Of a DNA stretch of 64,000 nt, positions 36,201 to 48,826 are shown piece by piece; within the stretch, counting starts at the first letter, position 1, and each line of letters begins with the position of its first letter. The translations under genes were made by a program, and so were the position numbers. The notes under the pieces are model-generated. The model saw only the letters and a program-made list of their open reading frames with translations. It was not told the DNA's origin and did not search any database. Origin of the DNA: Octopus bimaculoides (lineage: Eukaryota). The stretch is from the NCBI RefSeq assembly GCF_001194135.2, contig NC_068982.1:123562690-123626689 (forward strand). The letters run 5' to 3'.

Positions 36201-39020
36201 TGTGTGTGTGTGTGTGTGTGTGTGTACATATGTGCATATATGTAATAGTTTTGTTTTATCTGCTTATATGTGAGTGTGTACATGTTGGGTGTATACATTC
36301 ATAGGTTGGTTTATATACATCCAAAATATTCTGACATTGCTTTTTAATAACCCCCCTCTCTCTCTCTCTCTTTCTTTCTGATACATGCACACAAAATTGC
36401 ATCTTAGGTGTGAACACTTGAAAATCTTAGTGTCTCTTATGCTCATTTGCAACATCATGTTTTAACTCTGTCTCTCTGAGCAATATATAAAATACATCCA
36501 TAGGTTTAATAATAGCATTGCCAATTAGTCAGTTCCATTGAGATAAGTAGTTTTAAGGAAAATCGTCCTTTAGTTGTAGGAGTGTATGAAAGTAAGCCGT
36601 CTTAAGGTTATATGCTAGGAGTGGACGAAGTATGAAGGCTAGGCTTGTCAAGAAGTTTTATAGCTCTTGGAGCGTATAAAGTTTTATAGCTCTTGGAGCA
36701 GTAATAATGAAAGCCAAATGAAATTAAATGGAAATGTGTGGAGTGTCTTTAATCATAACTATTGATGTGATATTCTAAAGTATATATCTGAATAAATATA
36801 AGTTATAAAGTCAGTTGGTCTAGGACTTATAACTATGACCATGAAGATGTATCTCTACAGAATTGGTTCATTTGAGGCAAATGGATGGATATTCTCATAG
36901 TTGGGAGGAATGTGAGTGAAAAAAATGACAGTCTGATGTTATGTACATCTGGAAACCATGCTCAATTATGATAGTTTCATGAAATGAGACTACTTGTAAG
37001 ATTTTTAAACATTGATGTGAAGGACAATTTCAGAAAGTTTTGCAGTCGCTTACTTGTCTGATTGGCTTCGTATATTCACCATAAAATGCATTTTAGTGAA
37101 GTCTATCCTGAGAATAAGTGAGTATCAAAAATGAAAGAAAACACTGGTTTGACTCGATTTGATGAAACTTGTCGCATGATATCCGAGTTCCACATTTTCT
37201 GTATTTGTTATTGTGATGGTGCAGCTACATCAGTAGCCCTAAAAATACAGGGGTTCTAAATAAGAGGATTCAAATTGTATTGGGAAACAGTAATTTGTGA
37301 CTGGTTCTATGATCAAGAATTGTCTAAAAGATTGAGAAAGGGAAAAAACTTCCACAAAATGGAAATGCAATTGATTAAAATATATATCAGGAAGTTATTT
37401 GGAATACTCTTCTATTCCATTATTGTTAACATTTGTTTTTGTTTTTTTTAGCATGAGTAGGATTTTCTGCAAATATATAGATTTTTAGTCTTGCTGAAGG
37501 AATTGTTTTTACAACTAGATGTCTTTCTTTCCTTTTAAATAACCTTGATGTAGAATTGTCAGTCACAGAAACTGAGGCAAGCAGAGAGATATGTTCGTTG
37601 CCTCAGGGTTCGACTCCTGATCAATTTTCCTGCACCACAATTATACAAATGTTTGTTCTTTGCCAAGATTTAAAAAAAAATTTCTTGCAGTTATCTTCCC
37701 AGGACTATAGTATGTGGTTCCATATCCTGACATTTAACTTGTATTATCTTGTATTCAACTTTTCCTACACTAACTTCATTATAGCCCTTTGTACATTTTC
37801 AGTAATCTAAGACTGACTCTTTCACATCTTTCTTTTCATTGAAAGATGTGTTAAAGTTAGTTTGGACATACTTCCTCACTGTGCCTTTGTTGTTAATACT
37901 ATTTCACAGTATAAAAAAAAACAACACTCCACCACTCATCCTCTCACTGTAGAACATGGAGAAAAAAGAAAAAAGCTTGTGACAGTTTGTGGTGGTATAG
38001 TCTTTCTGTTTTTTGTTTTCTTTCACATTCCTCTATTGCTTATCTTTTAGCATTTATATTCCACTATATTACTATCTGGCCAGCCCTCAACTCTAGTTAA
38101 GTAGCAGTTAGTGTGGACGTTTCTGTCCTCACTCACTCTTAATGCATCTTTTAGCTTCCAAACTTCTGCTGCTGTTTTCATGATTGATAGTCTAAATTTA
38201 GCATTAATCTTTATAAAATGTTCTTGCTGGTTAAATTTTGTTATAACATTAGTTAGTTTTAATTCCACTTCGATGTGGCTTACTGGTTTAGTAAATCTGA
38301 AGCTATTGATAATTCATTTGCTTGATAAAAATTCAAGAGCTTTGTTCTTCATTTTATAGTCATATTGTCTGATCACACCAATAAATTTGATTGTTTGATG
38401 ACCTAGTTGTCCGTCTAATTCATTTTTATTGTACAGCAAGCACCCCTAGGTATTTTTTCCACTCATTCTTTTTAAGTTAGGTCATTCAGCGTTTGCTCAC
38501 AAAAGTCCTATATACTTTTCTTATTTAAGATTTACAATACTGTTTAGACTGTGAGGAGGATTATGTCACAAGTTGTCACTTTACCACCAAAGTGCGAACT
38601 CATTCCCCACTGCATTCTATTTTTAATAAATTTAAATTTTGACTTGTCTTCCTTGCTTTTCTTGTCCAGAATTTAAGATAATGGTTGGTTCTCACTAGGT
38701 GTTATGTTAAGATTTTTGGTTCACTACATTATATTAGTGTCCACTTTATTCTAAGTTTTTAGTTGCTTCCTCCAGTATTAGAACTATTACTATCTAGAGG
38801 AAATTACAATAATTTTACTTTCCTGTAATAAATCTGGCTTATGCACCTTTTGTAGTGTCATTTTTCTGTACACAACACACTTCACTTACTAACAGTTCTA
38901 CTTCCCATTTAATACTTTCTATTAAAAGTAGTTATTCTGAGATTAAGCTGAAAAGACAGTCATATGATGTTGGTGTGTGAGCGTGTGTTAGGGAGTGTAA
39001 ATGTGTATGTTAAGCATGTA

Positions 39021-39051
<31 letters not shown>

Positions 39052-42000
39052 TTATAAACATGTGTGTAAATTTATATGTACATGGTTCATATACACATGT
39101 ACATATACTTGATCACATGCATATTTATATATACATACACACAGGTTGATGTAGATGTTATTTATGCCAATTTTCTTTTCCGTATCACATTTTCATTGTT
39201 TTTTTGTTGCAGAATTCAGATGGTGTGCAGGTGATAATGATCAGTTAAAGACACAAATAGATGCTTATATACAGAAACATGTTGCTGAGGTAATAAACAG
39301 TAATAAACTGTCTGTTTTACCTCGCATCCTCATAGAAATAGTGGGTAAGTAGTTTTTGATTTAAAAAAAAACAAAAGTAAATTTAGACCAATGTGAACAG
39401 TAAAGATCTGCTGTATTTTGTATTCTTCACAATCTCATAAAATGTATTAATGTTTCTGAAAGTTTCAAGACAAACAACATAATATAAATCTGTAATATAG
39501 GAGCATATACTGAGAGAGCTTGAAGAAATAATTGATAGTACTTTTAGAATTCTTATTTTGTGCTTGTGACAGTGTGTTTAAAAACATTCGTTTTACAACC
39601 TCATGGGCATTTTGGGTAATTGTCTTTGAGTCAACTAAAACCTAGGAATTGAGATTTGATAGTTAACTGCAAAACCAAAAGCAAATTTGTTGAACAAAAC
39701 TTAAGTATTCAATTCTGACTGAGTTCTCTCCCTTCACGCTAGGACTACGTCATTTTGGTTTCTTTCAACATTGATAAAATAAAATATTTATAAAAACAAA
39801 ACTTTTAAGGCTGTGCCCCAACATGGCTGTAATCCAATAACTAAAATCAGTAAAAAAAGTATTACATTTAAAGATTTATGCCTTCATCATCCAGTGATTT
39901 ACGTGTGATTTTTCATGTTAGGGGATGAGTAGATTTGCCATAGTGCAATTTCATACATTTTGATGTACTTTTAAATATTTTTTTCTTTTAAATTCCAAAT
40001 TAGGTGCTGATGAAATTATTCTTGGTAACAAAATTGACGCTCATATATTTCATCTGGTGTTCAATTGGGCTAAAAACATGCTTGCTCAAGCTAGAGGCTC
40101 TTTCAATTATCTCACTGAACAGGTTTGTTGAAATTTTTTATTTTTTCTAATTTTTATGTAACATTCATTTTGTAGCTAAAATGTTTTTAAGCAATTTTAA
40201 CTCTTAGCGTCTTGATAATAAATTTATCTCAGTTTTGTAATGATAGTGCAGAAAGACAGTTATTGGTAATAAATGTAATAGACATAAGAGAAACATCACA
40301 ATAAAAGAAATGTTTTCACCCTGACTTTTGCAACTTATTTATTTATTATAAAATATACTAGTTGAGTTACAACCTTCAAAAACAGCTGAGTATGCATGAA
40401 AGTTTCAAAAAAAAAAAAACTGTCTGAAAACAGTTGCAAAATCTGTTGTATGTGTGTTGATATTAATAGTGAACATTAAAGATCATCATCATCATCATGC
40501 GCCCACTTTCCATGCTAGCATGGGTTGGACGATTTGACTGAGGACTGGCGAACCAGATGGCTGCACCAGGCTCAAATCTGATTTGGCAGAGTTTCTACAG
40601 CTGGAAGCCCTTCCTAACGCCAACCACTCCGAGAGTGTAGTGAATGCTTTTTACGTGCCATCTGCACGAGGGCCAGTCCGGTGGTACTGGCAACGGCCAC
40701 GCTCAAGTGGCGTTTTTTATGTGCCACCTGCACAGGAGTCAATGCAGTAAATAAATAAATGGTAGAGGTAGAGATTTTTTTTTCTTTTTTTTCCCCCCTC
40801 TCAGATGAGAGTTCATAACTTCTTTGAAAACAAATATAATCAAAATTGGATGGTTTCAGGCTGTATGGGTCAGAGAGGGGGGGATATGCATTATTAGGTG
40901 GATTTGAGTAATACATGGTGTTAAGATCTAATTTGGTTCACTTTTATTTAGATTCTTTTAAAGTATTTTTCTCTTTGTATTTTTAATTAACTTCAGACAC
41001 ACATGCTTTATCTAAACAACAACCAAATATTACAAGACTGTGGATTTTTGGATGACTCTAGTTTAGAGGAAGATGATATGATAAAAGACTACAAACTGTT
41101 GTCGAAGAAGAAGCAGGTAAACCACAACAGATATATATTTCATTTTAAATTTTATCCTGATATAAATGATTCAGAAACTTTACATCTATTGAAAGTTTTA
41201 CTGCTTGGTGCATCTGCAATTAGTTACACCCAATATCAAAACTGTAAAATAGGCATACCAATGAAGGGTACATTGCGGTATTCTTTGAAAGCTACTAAAT
41301 CTTTGTCATTCAAAAGACAGGCTGATCATGTCTGCTCAGTCAAGTCTGACCTGAAACTAAATAACAATTATAAAGGGCGAGTGTACAGTAGCTTACAAAA
41401 TTGCACTGTCTACATTTGAGGCTGATATTTAATTTTGTGACAGTGGTGTCTTGTCCAACAGGAGTCTTCAAGGATGAAGATAGCAACCACCCAATATTCT
41501 GCTTTGCTATAAAAAGGCTGTCATAAGGAACTGGGTAACAACGTTTAATGGACTTGGCATGATCTTGATAGTAGCAGTTAACAGCATAATGCTTCTCATG
41601 TTAGAATTTTAGCAATGAAATGATAGTTTTTTTTTTTTTTTTTTTTTTTTCTATATTCTAGATTCTTATTTCACTGTTGATAAAATGCTATAAGAATTAT
41701 TCAACCTTTAAGCACAGTCAATGCATGCTAATTAATATTCTATATTGTAGTGGAAAATTTGAGGATGAATTTCTTAATTTCAAGCATGGCTTATAATTCA
41801 ATGAGACCATCACCAGTAAAAGAATTGACAATTTTGCTGTAGATGTGTGTAGTAACTGTTCATCTTGTTTCTCAGCAGCTCATTTTTATTACTTAAACAG
41901 ATAAGAAATATTTCTTTTCAACACTCATTCTATCAGTGACTTTTTTTGTACTTTTTCAGTTAGCTAATTGCAAAAATAAAATGGATTCAAGTAATTTTTC

Positions 42001-45000
42001 TCCAAATCAGTTGAGAAAACTTGCTTCTGGTGATTGTGAATGGATTCAGAATGAACATGAATGGTCTTTACTAGCATCATACCAATCAGCCGGTTAGTAT
42101 TTTTTTTTATTGCTGTTTCTTGGTAGGAGTTGTGCTGATGTTCTAGAAGGAAGTGGTTGTGCAGGGTGTGAGGATAAAGAGGTGAGTGGGTTAAGTATAG
42201 AAGGAACAAGACCAGTCAACTCTGCAAAACGGGCTGTTATTGTAGGAGTAAAAAACACTGTGGTGACACTATGCCTGTGTGCCAGATGCTGGAGTGCATC
42301 TGTTACAAAAGTCTATATTATTTCATTAATACAAAATAATCATCATCGTTTAACGTCCGCTTTCCATGCTAGCATGGGTTGGACGATTTGACTGAGGACT
42401 AGTGAACCAGATGGCTACACCAGACTCCAATCTGATTTGGCAGAGTTTTTACAGCTGGATGCCCTTCCTAACGCCAACCACTCCGAGAGTGTAGTGGGTG
42501 CTTTTTATGTGCCACCGGCATGAAGGCTAGTCAGGCGGTACTGGCAACGGCCACACTCAAAATGGTGTATTTTACGTGTCACCTGCACAGGAGCCAGTCC
42601 AGCGGCACTAGCAACGATCTCGCTCGAATGTCTCTACACGTGCCACCGGCACAAGTGCCAGGAAGGCGACACTAGGCACAGGTGCCATCACGATTTCGGT
42701 TTCGCTTGCCCCAACAGGTCTTCGCAAGCCGAATTTCATGTCCAAAGGAAATTAGTATAGTTTGCTGTTATTTAAAAAAGCAAAACAGTGATCAAATTCC
42801 ATTTTTTTTATTGAAACTGTCTTGCTAACATCTTTGTAGAACATAGAAGAAATGTCCCACCTCATATCCAGTTGAGAGGTAGGATTAATTGCATAATTTC
42901 AAACTGCAAAACGAACATAGCTGATTTTCTTATATAGTATAGCAATCGCAAAACATCTTTACAGGTAGATCATGAGAAAAAAAAAGGTCCTGCATGAAGG
43001 GGTCAAAAATGTAAGAATCGATTTACTATTGCCTGAAAGTTAATATTTAAAAAAAGTACAAATAGTTCAATATATTGAAAAGAAATAAATAAGTGCATCA
43101 TTGGAATGTGCAGAAGAATAGTAGTTAGTGAGTAGTTAAAGAAAGGCTGAATTGCCAAGAAGAATTCATAAGGAATGTTGGGTCAAGGTATATGTTAATG
43201 AAACAACAAAAATCAAGTCAGTGCTTTAATTTTAAAGCAATGGGGAGAAATGATTGCATACTGAAATAATACGAATGTTGTCAAACAGATAGACAGGTAG
43301 TTCAGTAGGCAATTACTTGCAAGGTAAGTGAAACCCTAAAAAAATTTATTTTGAATAAACTTCACCTGTTACTTTTGAATTTTTGAGAACCACCAAATTT
43401 CACTTATGTAATAAAAGGTCTTGTGCACTTACAACTATTGGCACCTTTATATTGTAGCTCACCCTGTCAGCCAAATCTTACATTACATTGGATAATATCC
43501 CTGATACATTGTTGGAATAAAAGATGTGACAGCCAGAGTTGAGTTAGAACAGCAGTTGTAAGACTTCTCATTGGTCAATATGAGTAATGCTCATGACTTT
43601 CTAGATGAATTAATGAAGCGAATTATTATATAGTCATTTTTCCAGTGAGCAATTTTTCATCAGATTCCTCTGACTCAGTCTCTTGCAAGAGTTAAATATC
43701 TTTAAAGCTATAATTACAACTTATTGGCATGAAATGTAATCCTATGACAATTCTTGTAATTTCAAACTGTGCTACTACTATACTTACTATTCAATCATTT
43801 TAATATAATTGTTTCTTCATGTACTAACAGTTTATAACATTGTGCTGTATGTTGTTGGCACTCCGTCGCTTACGACGACGAGGGTTCCAGTTGATCCGAT
43901 CAACGGAACAGCCTGCTCGTGAAATTAACGTGCAAGTGGCTGAGCACTCCACAGTCACGTGTACCCTTAACGTAGTTCTCGGGGATATTCAGCGTGACAC
44001 AGTGTGACCAGGCTGACCCTTTGAATTACAGGCACAACAGAAACAGGAAGTAAGAGTGAGAAAGTTGTGGTGAAAGAGTACAACAGGGTTTGCCACCATC
44101 CCCTGCCGGAGCCTCGTGGAGCTTTAGGTGTTTTCGCTCAATAAGCACTCACAACACCCGGTCTGGGAATCGAAACCGCGAGTCCGCTGCCCTAACCACT
44201 GGGCCATTGCGCCTCCACCGTGCTGTCTAAAGCAGTTACATTGTGTAATAATATCCATCCACTGTCTTTATTATTTTCTACAACATACACTACATTTTTG
44301 ATTTTGTTGAGCTTAATTTTTTTCATTTATCTTTTTATTTGCAGAGCGTACCTCAGTTGGAATAACTTTAATGAATGGTTCTTTGTCCATTGTCACCCTC
44401 CATTTAAGACCATGTCCACCTCATAGTCCAAGTAGTACAGTATCTGACCCAGAGTCGCCTACCAATGTTCCTTCCACTGATGTTAGTAGACCTGGATCTA
44501 TTGAACGAAACGTCTCCCTAACACTCCTTGCACAAATGAGTACAGCACGATGCAGTTTTGGACTTGCAATACTCAATAAAAATCTTGTTGCTGTTGGTAA
44601 GTAATCATTCCTTCACGTTTTTCATTGTTTTCTGTTTTAAGTGTGTTAGAGAACTTGTCACCACAGACAATTGAAGTCTGGACAGCTCCCCGTCCAACCC
44701 ATTTCAGCATGGAAAGCGGACGTTAAACGATGTTAATGATGGATTGTAAAATGATTTGTTGGCATATCAGGGGAGGTAACTTTTATACTAGTGAACATTG
44801 CACGCTCTTCATAATTTACGGAAATCAGATCTTGAAAGCAAAAAGAAATACAAAAAATTATTAAAAAGCATTAAAGTGTTAATGTCTCTTTAATTGCTGA
44901 GGATTTTCAGAGTGCTAGGCTGATAATTCTAGCAACCATATTGACGTGTTCAATCGTTACATTCATACAAATGAATAAATATTAATACAAAAATGTATTT

Positions 45001-48000
45001 TTTACCAGAAACTACTGAAATTACTTTCAGTGCAGGTTTTATTTCTTTACATGAAGATATATTTACTCACTTATATATGCAATCTAGATTCTCCTTTTAG
45101 ATATGCATAATTTCTATATAGAGAGAATCCACACCATGGCATACTCTAATAGGATATAAAAAGCTGAAATAAAAAATTACTGTTGTGGAAATACCTGTAA
45201 ACTAGTGGCTGTACCAGGATAATCTTACAGCAAAATTTCTCGGGGAGACTGTGTTTCAGAGTGAGGGATAAGTAGATGCAATTTTAGTACACTGATCCTA
45301 GTAGTGTAAGGAAAGATAGGGAAAAAAAGATATTAAAAAATATGAACATTACAGTTCAAATGAACATATGTTACGAATATAAAAGTGGAGACCCATTTGA
45401 TGTATGTGGTTGGATATTTTAAACAGCAAATTTTGGACTAGATCTAATGATTAAACACTTTCATTGAAAAATGAGTTTAGAATATCACAATCTTATTTCA
45501 GTTAAATATGTAAATTAAGCAACAAAATACATAAGTTTTGGGGAAAAAATACTTGTTTTATCATTCTATACTACTAATAAATGCTTTACTGAATTATAGT
45601 AACAACTAAAATAATTCTTGATTGTAAGTAGTTTTATGAAGATGTTTTCAATTCATTTTTCTAGGTGGTTACGAGAGAGGCGAATGTTTGAGAAGTGCTG
45701 AGATGTTTAATCTTCAGGATAATGTTTGGACAAGTTTGCCACCAATGAAAGTTGCACGTGGACGTGTTGCAGTGGCTGTTCTTAACAACAAGCTGTATGC
45801 ATGTGGTGGCTCTGATGGTCACCATGAACTGCGGTCTGTAGAATGCTATGACACAGAAACTAACAAATGGTCTTTTGTTGCCGATATGCAGACAGAACGC
45901 TCATGTCCTGGTAAGTAATTTTTCTTAAATTTGATAAACAAAATCTTTGAATATTTTTCTAAGCTTAAAGTTTGCCATTAAGCTAACTGTATATTCTTTT
46001 TATTTTATTAGGTGTTGTTGCACTAAATAACAATATCTATTGCATTGGTGGCTGCACTGGTCAACGCTGTATTGCAGATTGTGAAGCTTATGATCCAGTT
46101 ACTAACAAATGGCACAGCATTGCTTCACTGAATGAAGGTTTGTAATTGTTTGAAATAAATTCCTGATTTCATTATATAACGATTGTCAATCTAGAATTCA
46201 TTATCTTGCAATGCTCCATTCATCCATTTATCTTATTTTTGGCCTCTTGTTTGGTGAACATTGACTCTCAGGAATGTATATTATTAGGTTAGCACTTCAT
46301 TTTAATATAATATCAACATACTGGCTTTTTTGCAATTGTAGTGCCACATAAAAAGTGCCCAGTACCCTCCATAAAGTGGTTGCCAGCTTCTAAGCAAACT
46401 TCATGAAATTACAAAATAAGATTTAAAACTGATAAGCAATGAAACCAATTGAGAGTGAAGTAGTTCAAAATTTTGTTCTTGTCAAAAAATAATTAAGTGT
46501 TGTATGATGAAACAAAAAGAAAGGAAGCTTATTATAGCTGCATAAATGGTAACACTAAATAGTGGTACTTTTGTATAAATGGTATCTATTTAATTAGCCA
46601 TTAAAACATGTCCTGGCAGTAAGCTTTGGGTGGGTGGGGTGAGGAAAATGGTACCCTGCTTTAAAACAGGCAAGAGTTAAGTGTCAGGAAGGGTATTCAA
46701 CTAGGAAACTCCAGTATGGAATAGTGGACATTGAAAATGATAATTTTTAGGTCAAAGAAAGCACTCTTAGTGATTATTGGGTGTTTCAGGACTGGCTGAC
46801 AGATGTTGGGTACTGTGTTCTACAGGAAGTTAAAAGTTTACCTTAACTGTTAATACTATTCTAATAAGAATTAACATGAAAATTACTTGTTAATAAATAT
46901 AGAATAGAATAATAGAAAACTTTAAATAAAGACATGCAAATAAGAATAGGACACTCAAATTAAGTGCAATTTTGGAAGTAGTTGGCAGGGGTGATGGTAA
47001 TCTTTATTAGTAATCATGTTTTTGCTTCTAATATCTGTTATCCTATATTTTGTTTCAATCTTCATAATCTGCTGGGGGCCAACTTTGCTTTATATTTCTC
47101 CAAGGTTGATGAAATGATGTGTATAGGTATAGTTTCTATCAACTATATATCTTTCCACTACAAATTTGTGCCATTAACATTTATTGCTCATTATTCCAAT
47201 CATAAATGTATCTAAACTTGCAGTGTCTAGTCCTATGAAACTTTCCGTCATCATGTTAAAAAATTTGTAATTGACTTTTCTTTGTAGATATCTGCCTTTC
47301 TATGTTTTTGCTACTTTTAGTCATCATCAGAATCTGTTAGTGAATTTTACTTAGTTTCTGTTGTATTTGAGTTTTTATTAAAAGTATTTTAAAATAGATT
47401 AAGGTCAAATATTGTAATATTGCCTTTTATTGACTTGCAATGGAATTCTTTTTTCTTTTTGTGCTGTTTTCATTACTGTATGTTGTTCAGGAAAAAATTT
47501 CTTTGCTTTTTAATTGATAGGTCATTTTCAAGCTGCTCTCTGCACTTATGACGGTAAAATCTTTGCTATTGGTGGTAGCAGCAGTTGGAATTGCTTGAAC
47601 TCTGTCAATGTTTATGATCCTAATACTGACGTTTGGCAAACATATAGCTGTCTAAATACTCCTCGCAGAGGTGCTGGTGCAGACATTATTGATGGTAATG
47701 TTTAGTCCTTTCTTTAAATTATTTAAATTTTAGTTTCATTGATTCAGTGTTCTTTAATGCTCTGTTTTTTTTTTTGTTTGTTTTGTGTTGGTTTTCTTTT
47801 CTCGCTTGGACATGATTAAGACATTTAAAAAGCTAAATGATTTCCCAATATATCTAATATTTTAAGTAAATATTGACTTACCAATCTTGGTTGCATTTAA
47901 ACAAATTTGATTTCCTCCCTCAAGAAAGACAACTAAAGTTATTTCCCTTGCAAATCATACTGAATAGACTGAAAATCTAGGCATATTTACTTAAGAATGC

Positions 48001-48826
48001 ATCAAGTTTTTAAATAAATGCTGCAGGAAATGTTACATCTTGGCTTTTGAGATAGTTAAATCTGTTGCAAACTGAAATCGTTTAGTCAGTAAAAAAAAAA
48101 AGGTTTTTTATCCGTTATAACTGTTGAGAATAAGTTATCATCATCTCATTGAACTCCTGGAACTGAAGCTAAGATATCTTAGAGCTGATTTCAGAGGTTT
48201 TATCCTATTGGAATTATGCATTCAAGCACATATATTGGCTTCAAAAATAAGTTGCAAGAAAATCAATACATCTGAGTTTGAAAGTCAAAATCTTAGATTG
48301 GATTGATTAGTTATTAACATTTACAACTCTTTCAGCTTCAATTTTATTGAAGTAAAATAATCTAAAGGTTTTTGTAAAATAAATTTCGTGGCCTTATAAA
48401 CAAGCTTTTCAATTTTTTTATTTTCTTCATGTAGGTAAAATCATGGTTGTTGGAGGCAGTGATGGTACACGTTCTCTACGCTCTACAGAAGTTTATGACA
48501 AAGAAAATGACAGTTGGAGTGTTGGCCCTCAACTTGGTATAGACAGAGCCAATGTTAGTGTAGTTACACTTGGAAACAAACTTTTTGCTGTTGGTGGTTT
48601 TAGTGGCAAGAAATTTTTAGATTCCCTTGAATATTTTAATCCTATGTCAGAAGAATGGTGCTGTTATTCTCCAGTTGAAAATATCTTTCAACTATCTTCT
48701 AATGCTGAAGAACCTAACAAAGATCATAATGAAGTGACAGACTCAAGTAAAAAAGCTCGCAAGAGCCATTCAAAAGCACAAAATAATAATATACCATTAA
48801 ATAATTGTGCTAATGGAATTATTTAG
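30889..48826 (+). CDS. IVNS1ABP: Influenza virus NS1A-binding protein homolog (BTB-BACK-6xKelch), 11 coding exons, 701 aa
   Basis: join(30889..31175,34289..34413,39213..39344,40004..40122,40997..41116,41960..42092,44345..44596,45665..45910,46012..46137,47521..47694,48435..48826) = 2106 nt, all GT-AG and in frame. Shows BTB (FCDVKLVVG..HKAVMAAVS.YF), BACK (DAYIQKH, LPRI), the long linker typical of NS1-BP (EWSLLAS ~ human EWKIVAS) and six Kelch repeats. Motifs GGYERGECLR, SWNCLNSV, PRRGAG and KFLDSLE match human IVNS1ABP as I recall it (GGYNREECLR, SWNCLNTV, ARRGAG, EFLNTVE). Confidence 0.92.
33853..34071. mobile_element. piggyBac-type MITE
   Basis: TTAA-CCCTTTAGCATT ... AATGCTAAAGGG-TTAA, a 12 bp perfect TIR. 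Confidence 0.85.
34289..34413 (+). CDS. IVNS1ABP: Coding exon 2 (end of BTB, start of BACK)
   Basis: cctgcag|a ctg cag... gives R-LQLPGAEVKTVYKAAMQFRIASAAKACSDFLVANLSPSNCL; donor g|gtattt. Phases 2 to 1 fit both neighbours. Confidence 0.88.
36540..38900 (-). mobile_element. Heavily decayed LINE debris in intron 2
   Basis: Minus-strand pieces resemble LINE ORF2 (RAIKL.D at ~36670; LKDALR..EGWPDSNIV at ~38100). No intact frame. Confidence 0.35.
39213..39344 (+). CDS. IVNS1ABP: Coding exon 3 (BACK)
   Basis: ttgcag|aattc gives EFRWCAGDNDQLKTQIDAYIQKHVAEVINSNKLSVLPRILIEIV; donor g|gtaagt. Confidence 0.9.
40004..40122 (+). CDS. IVNS1ABP: Coding exon 4
   Basis: ttag|gt gct gives GADEIILGNKIDAHIFHLVFNWAKNMLAQARGSFNYLTEQ; donor cag|gtttgt. 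The LVFNW motif corresponds to BACK KVINW. Confidence 0.85.
40482..40742 (-). mobile_element. RTE-type 3' repeat, family C
   Basis: (CAT)n tail, near-identical to 42338-42745. Confidence 0.88.
40997..41116 (+). CDS. IVNS1ABP: Coding exon 5 (linker)
   Basis: cttcag|aca gives THMLYLNNNQILQDCGFLDDSSLEEDDMIKDYKLLSKKKQ; donor cag|gtaaac. Confidence 0.85.
41960..42092 (+). CDS. IVNS1ABP: Coding exon 6 (linker)
   Basis: ctttttcag|tta gives LANCKNKMDSSNFSPNQLRKLASGDCEWIQNEHEWSLLASYQSA; donor g|gttagt. It bridges phase 0 to phase 1. Confidence 0.8.
42338..42745 (-). mobile_element. RTE-type 3' repeat, family C (~400 bp)
   Basis: Near-identical reverse complement of 59994-60379. Confidence 0.9.
43850..44219 (-). 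mobile_element. SINE family B, full length
   Basis: Reverse complement of 9439-9825 with intact A box and B box (GGTTTCGATTCCC). Confidence 0.92.
44345..44596 (+). CDS. IVNS1ABP: Coding exon 7 (linker and start of Kelch 1)
   Basis: tttgcag|ag gives ERTSVGITLMNGSL...AQMSTARCSFGLAILNKNLVAV; donor g|gtaagt. Confidence 0.9.
45665..45910 (+). CDS. IVNS1ABP: Coding exon 8 (Kelch 1-3)
   Basis: ttctag|gt gives GGYERGECLRSAEMF...MQTERSCP; donor g|gtaagt. Confidence 0.93.
46012..46137 (+). CDS. IVNS1ABP: Coding exon 9 (Kelch 3-4)
   Basis: ttattag|gt gives GVVALNNNIYCIGGCTGQRCIADCEAYDPVTNKWHSIASLNE; donor g|gtttgt. Confidence 0.92.
47521..47694 (+). CDS. IVNS1ABP: Coding exon 10 (Kelch 4-5)
   Basis: gatag|gt gives GHFQAALCTYDGKIFAIGGSSSWNCLNSVNVYDP...RRGAGADIID; donor g|gtaatg. 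Confidence 0.92.
48435..48826 (+). CDS. IVNS1ABP: Coding exon 11 (Kelch 5-6, C-terminal tail, stop)
   Basis: catgtag|gt gives GKIMVVGGSDG...FAVGGFSGKKFLDSLEYFNPMSEEW...NGII, then TAG. Confidence 0.92.

Noticed and set aside
37572-37620. 9 bp hairpin followed by B-box-like GGTTCGACTCC
   Set aside because: No A box or cloverleaf; lies in decayed LINE-like sequence.
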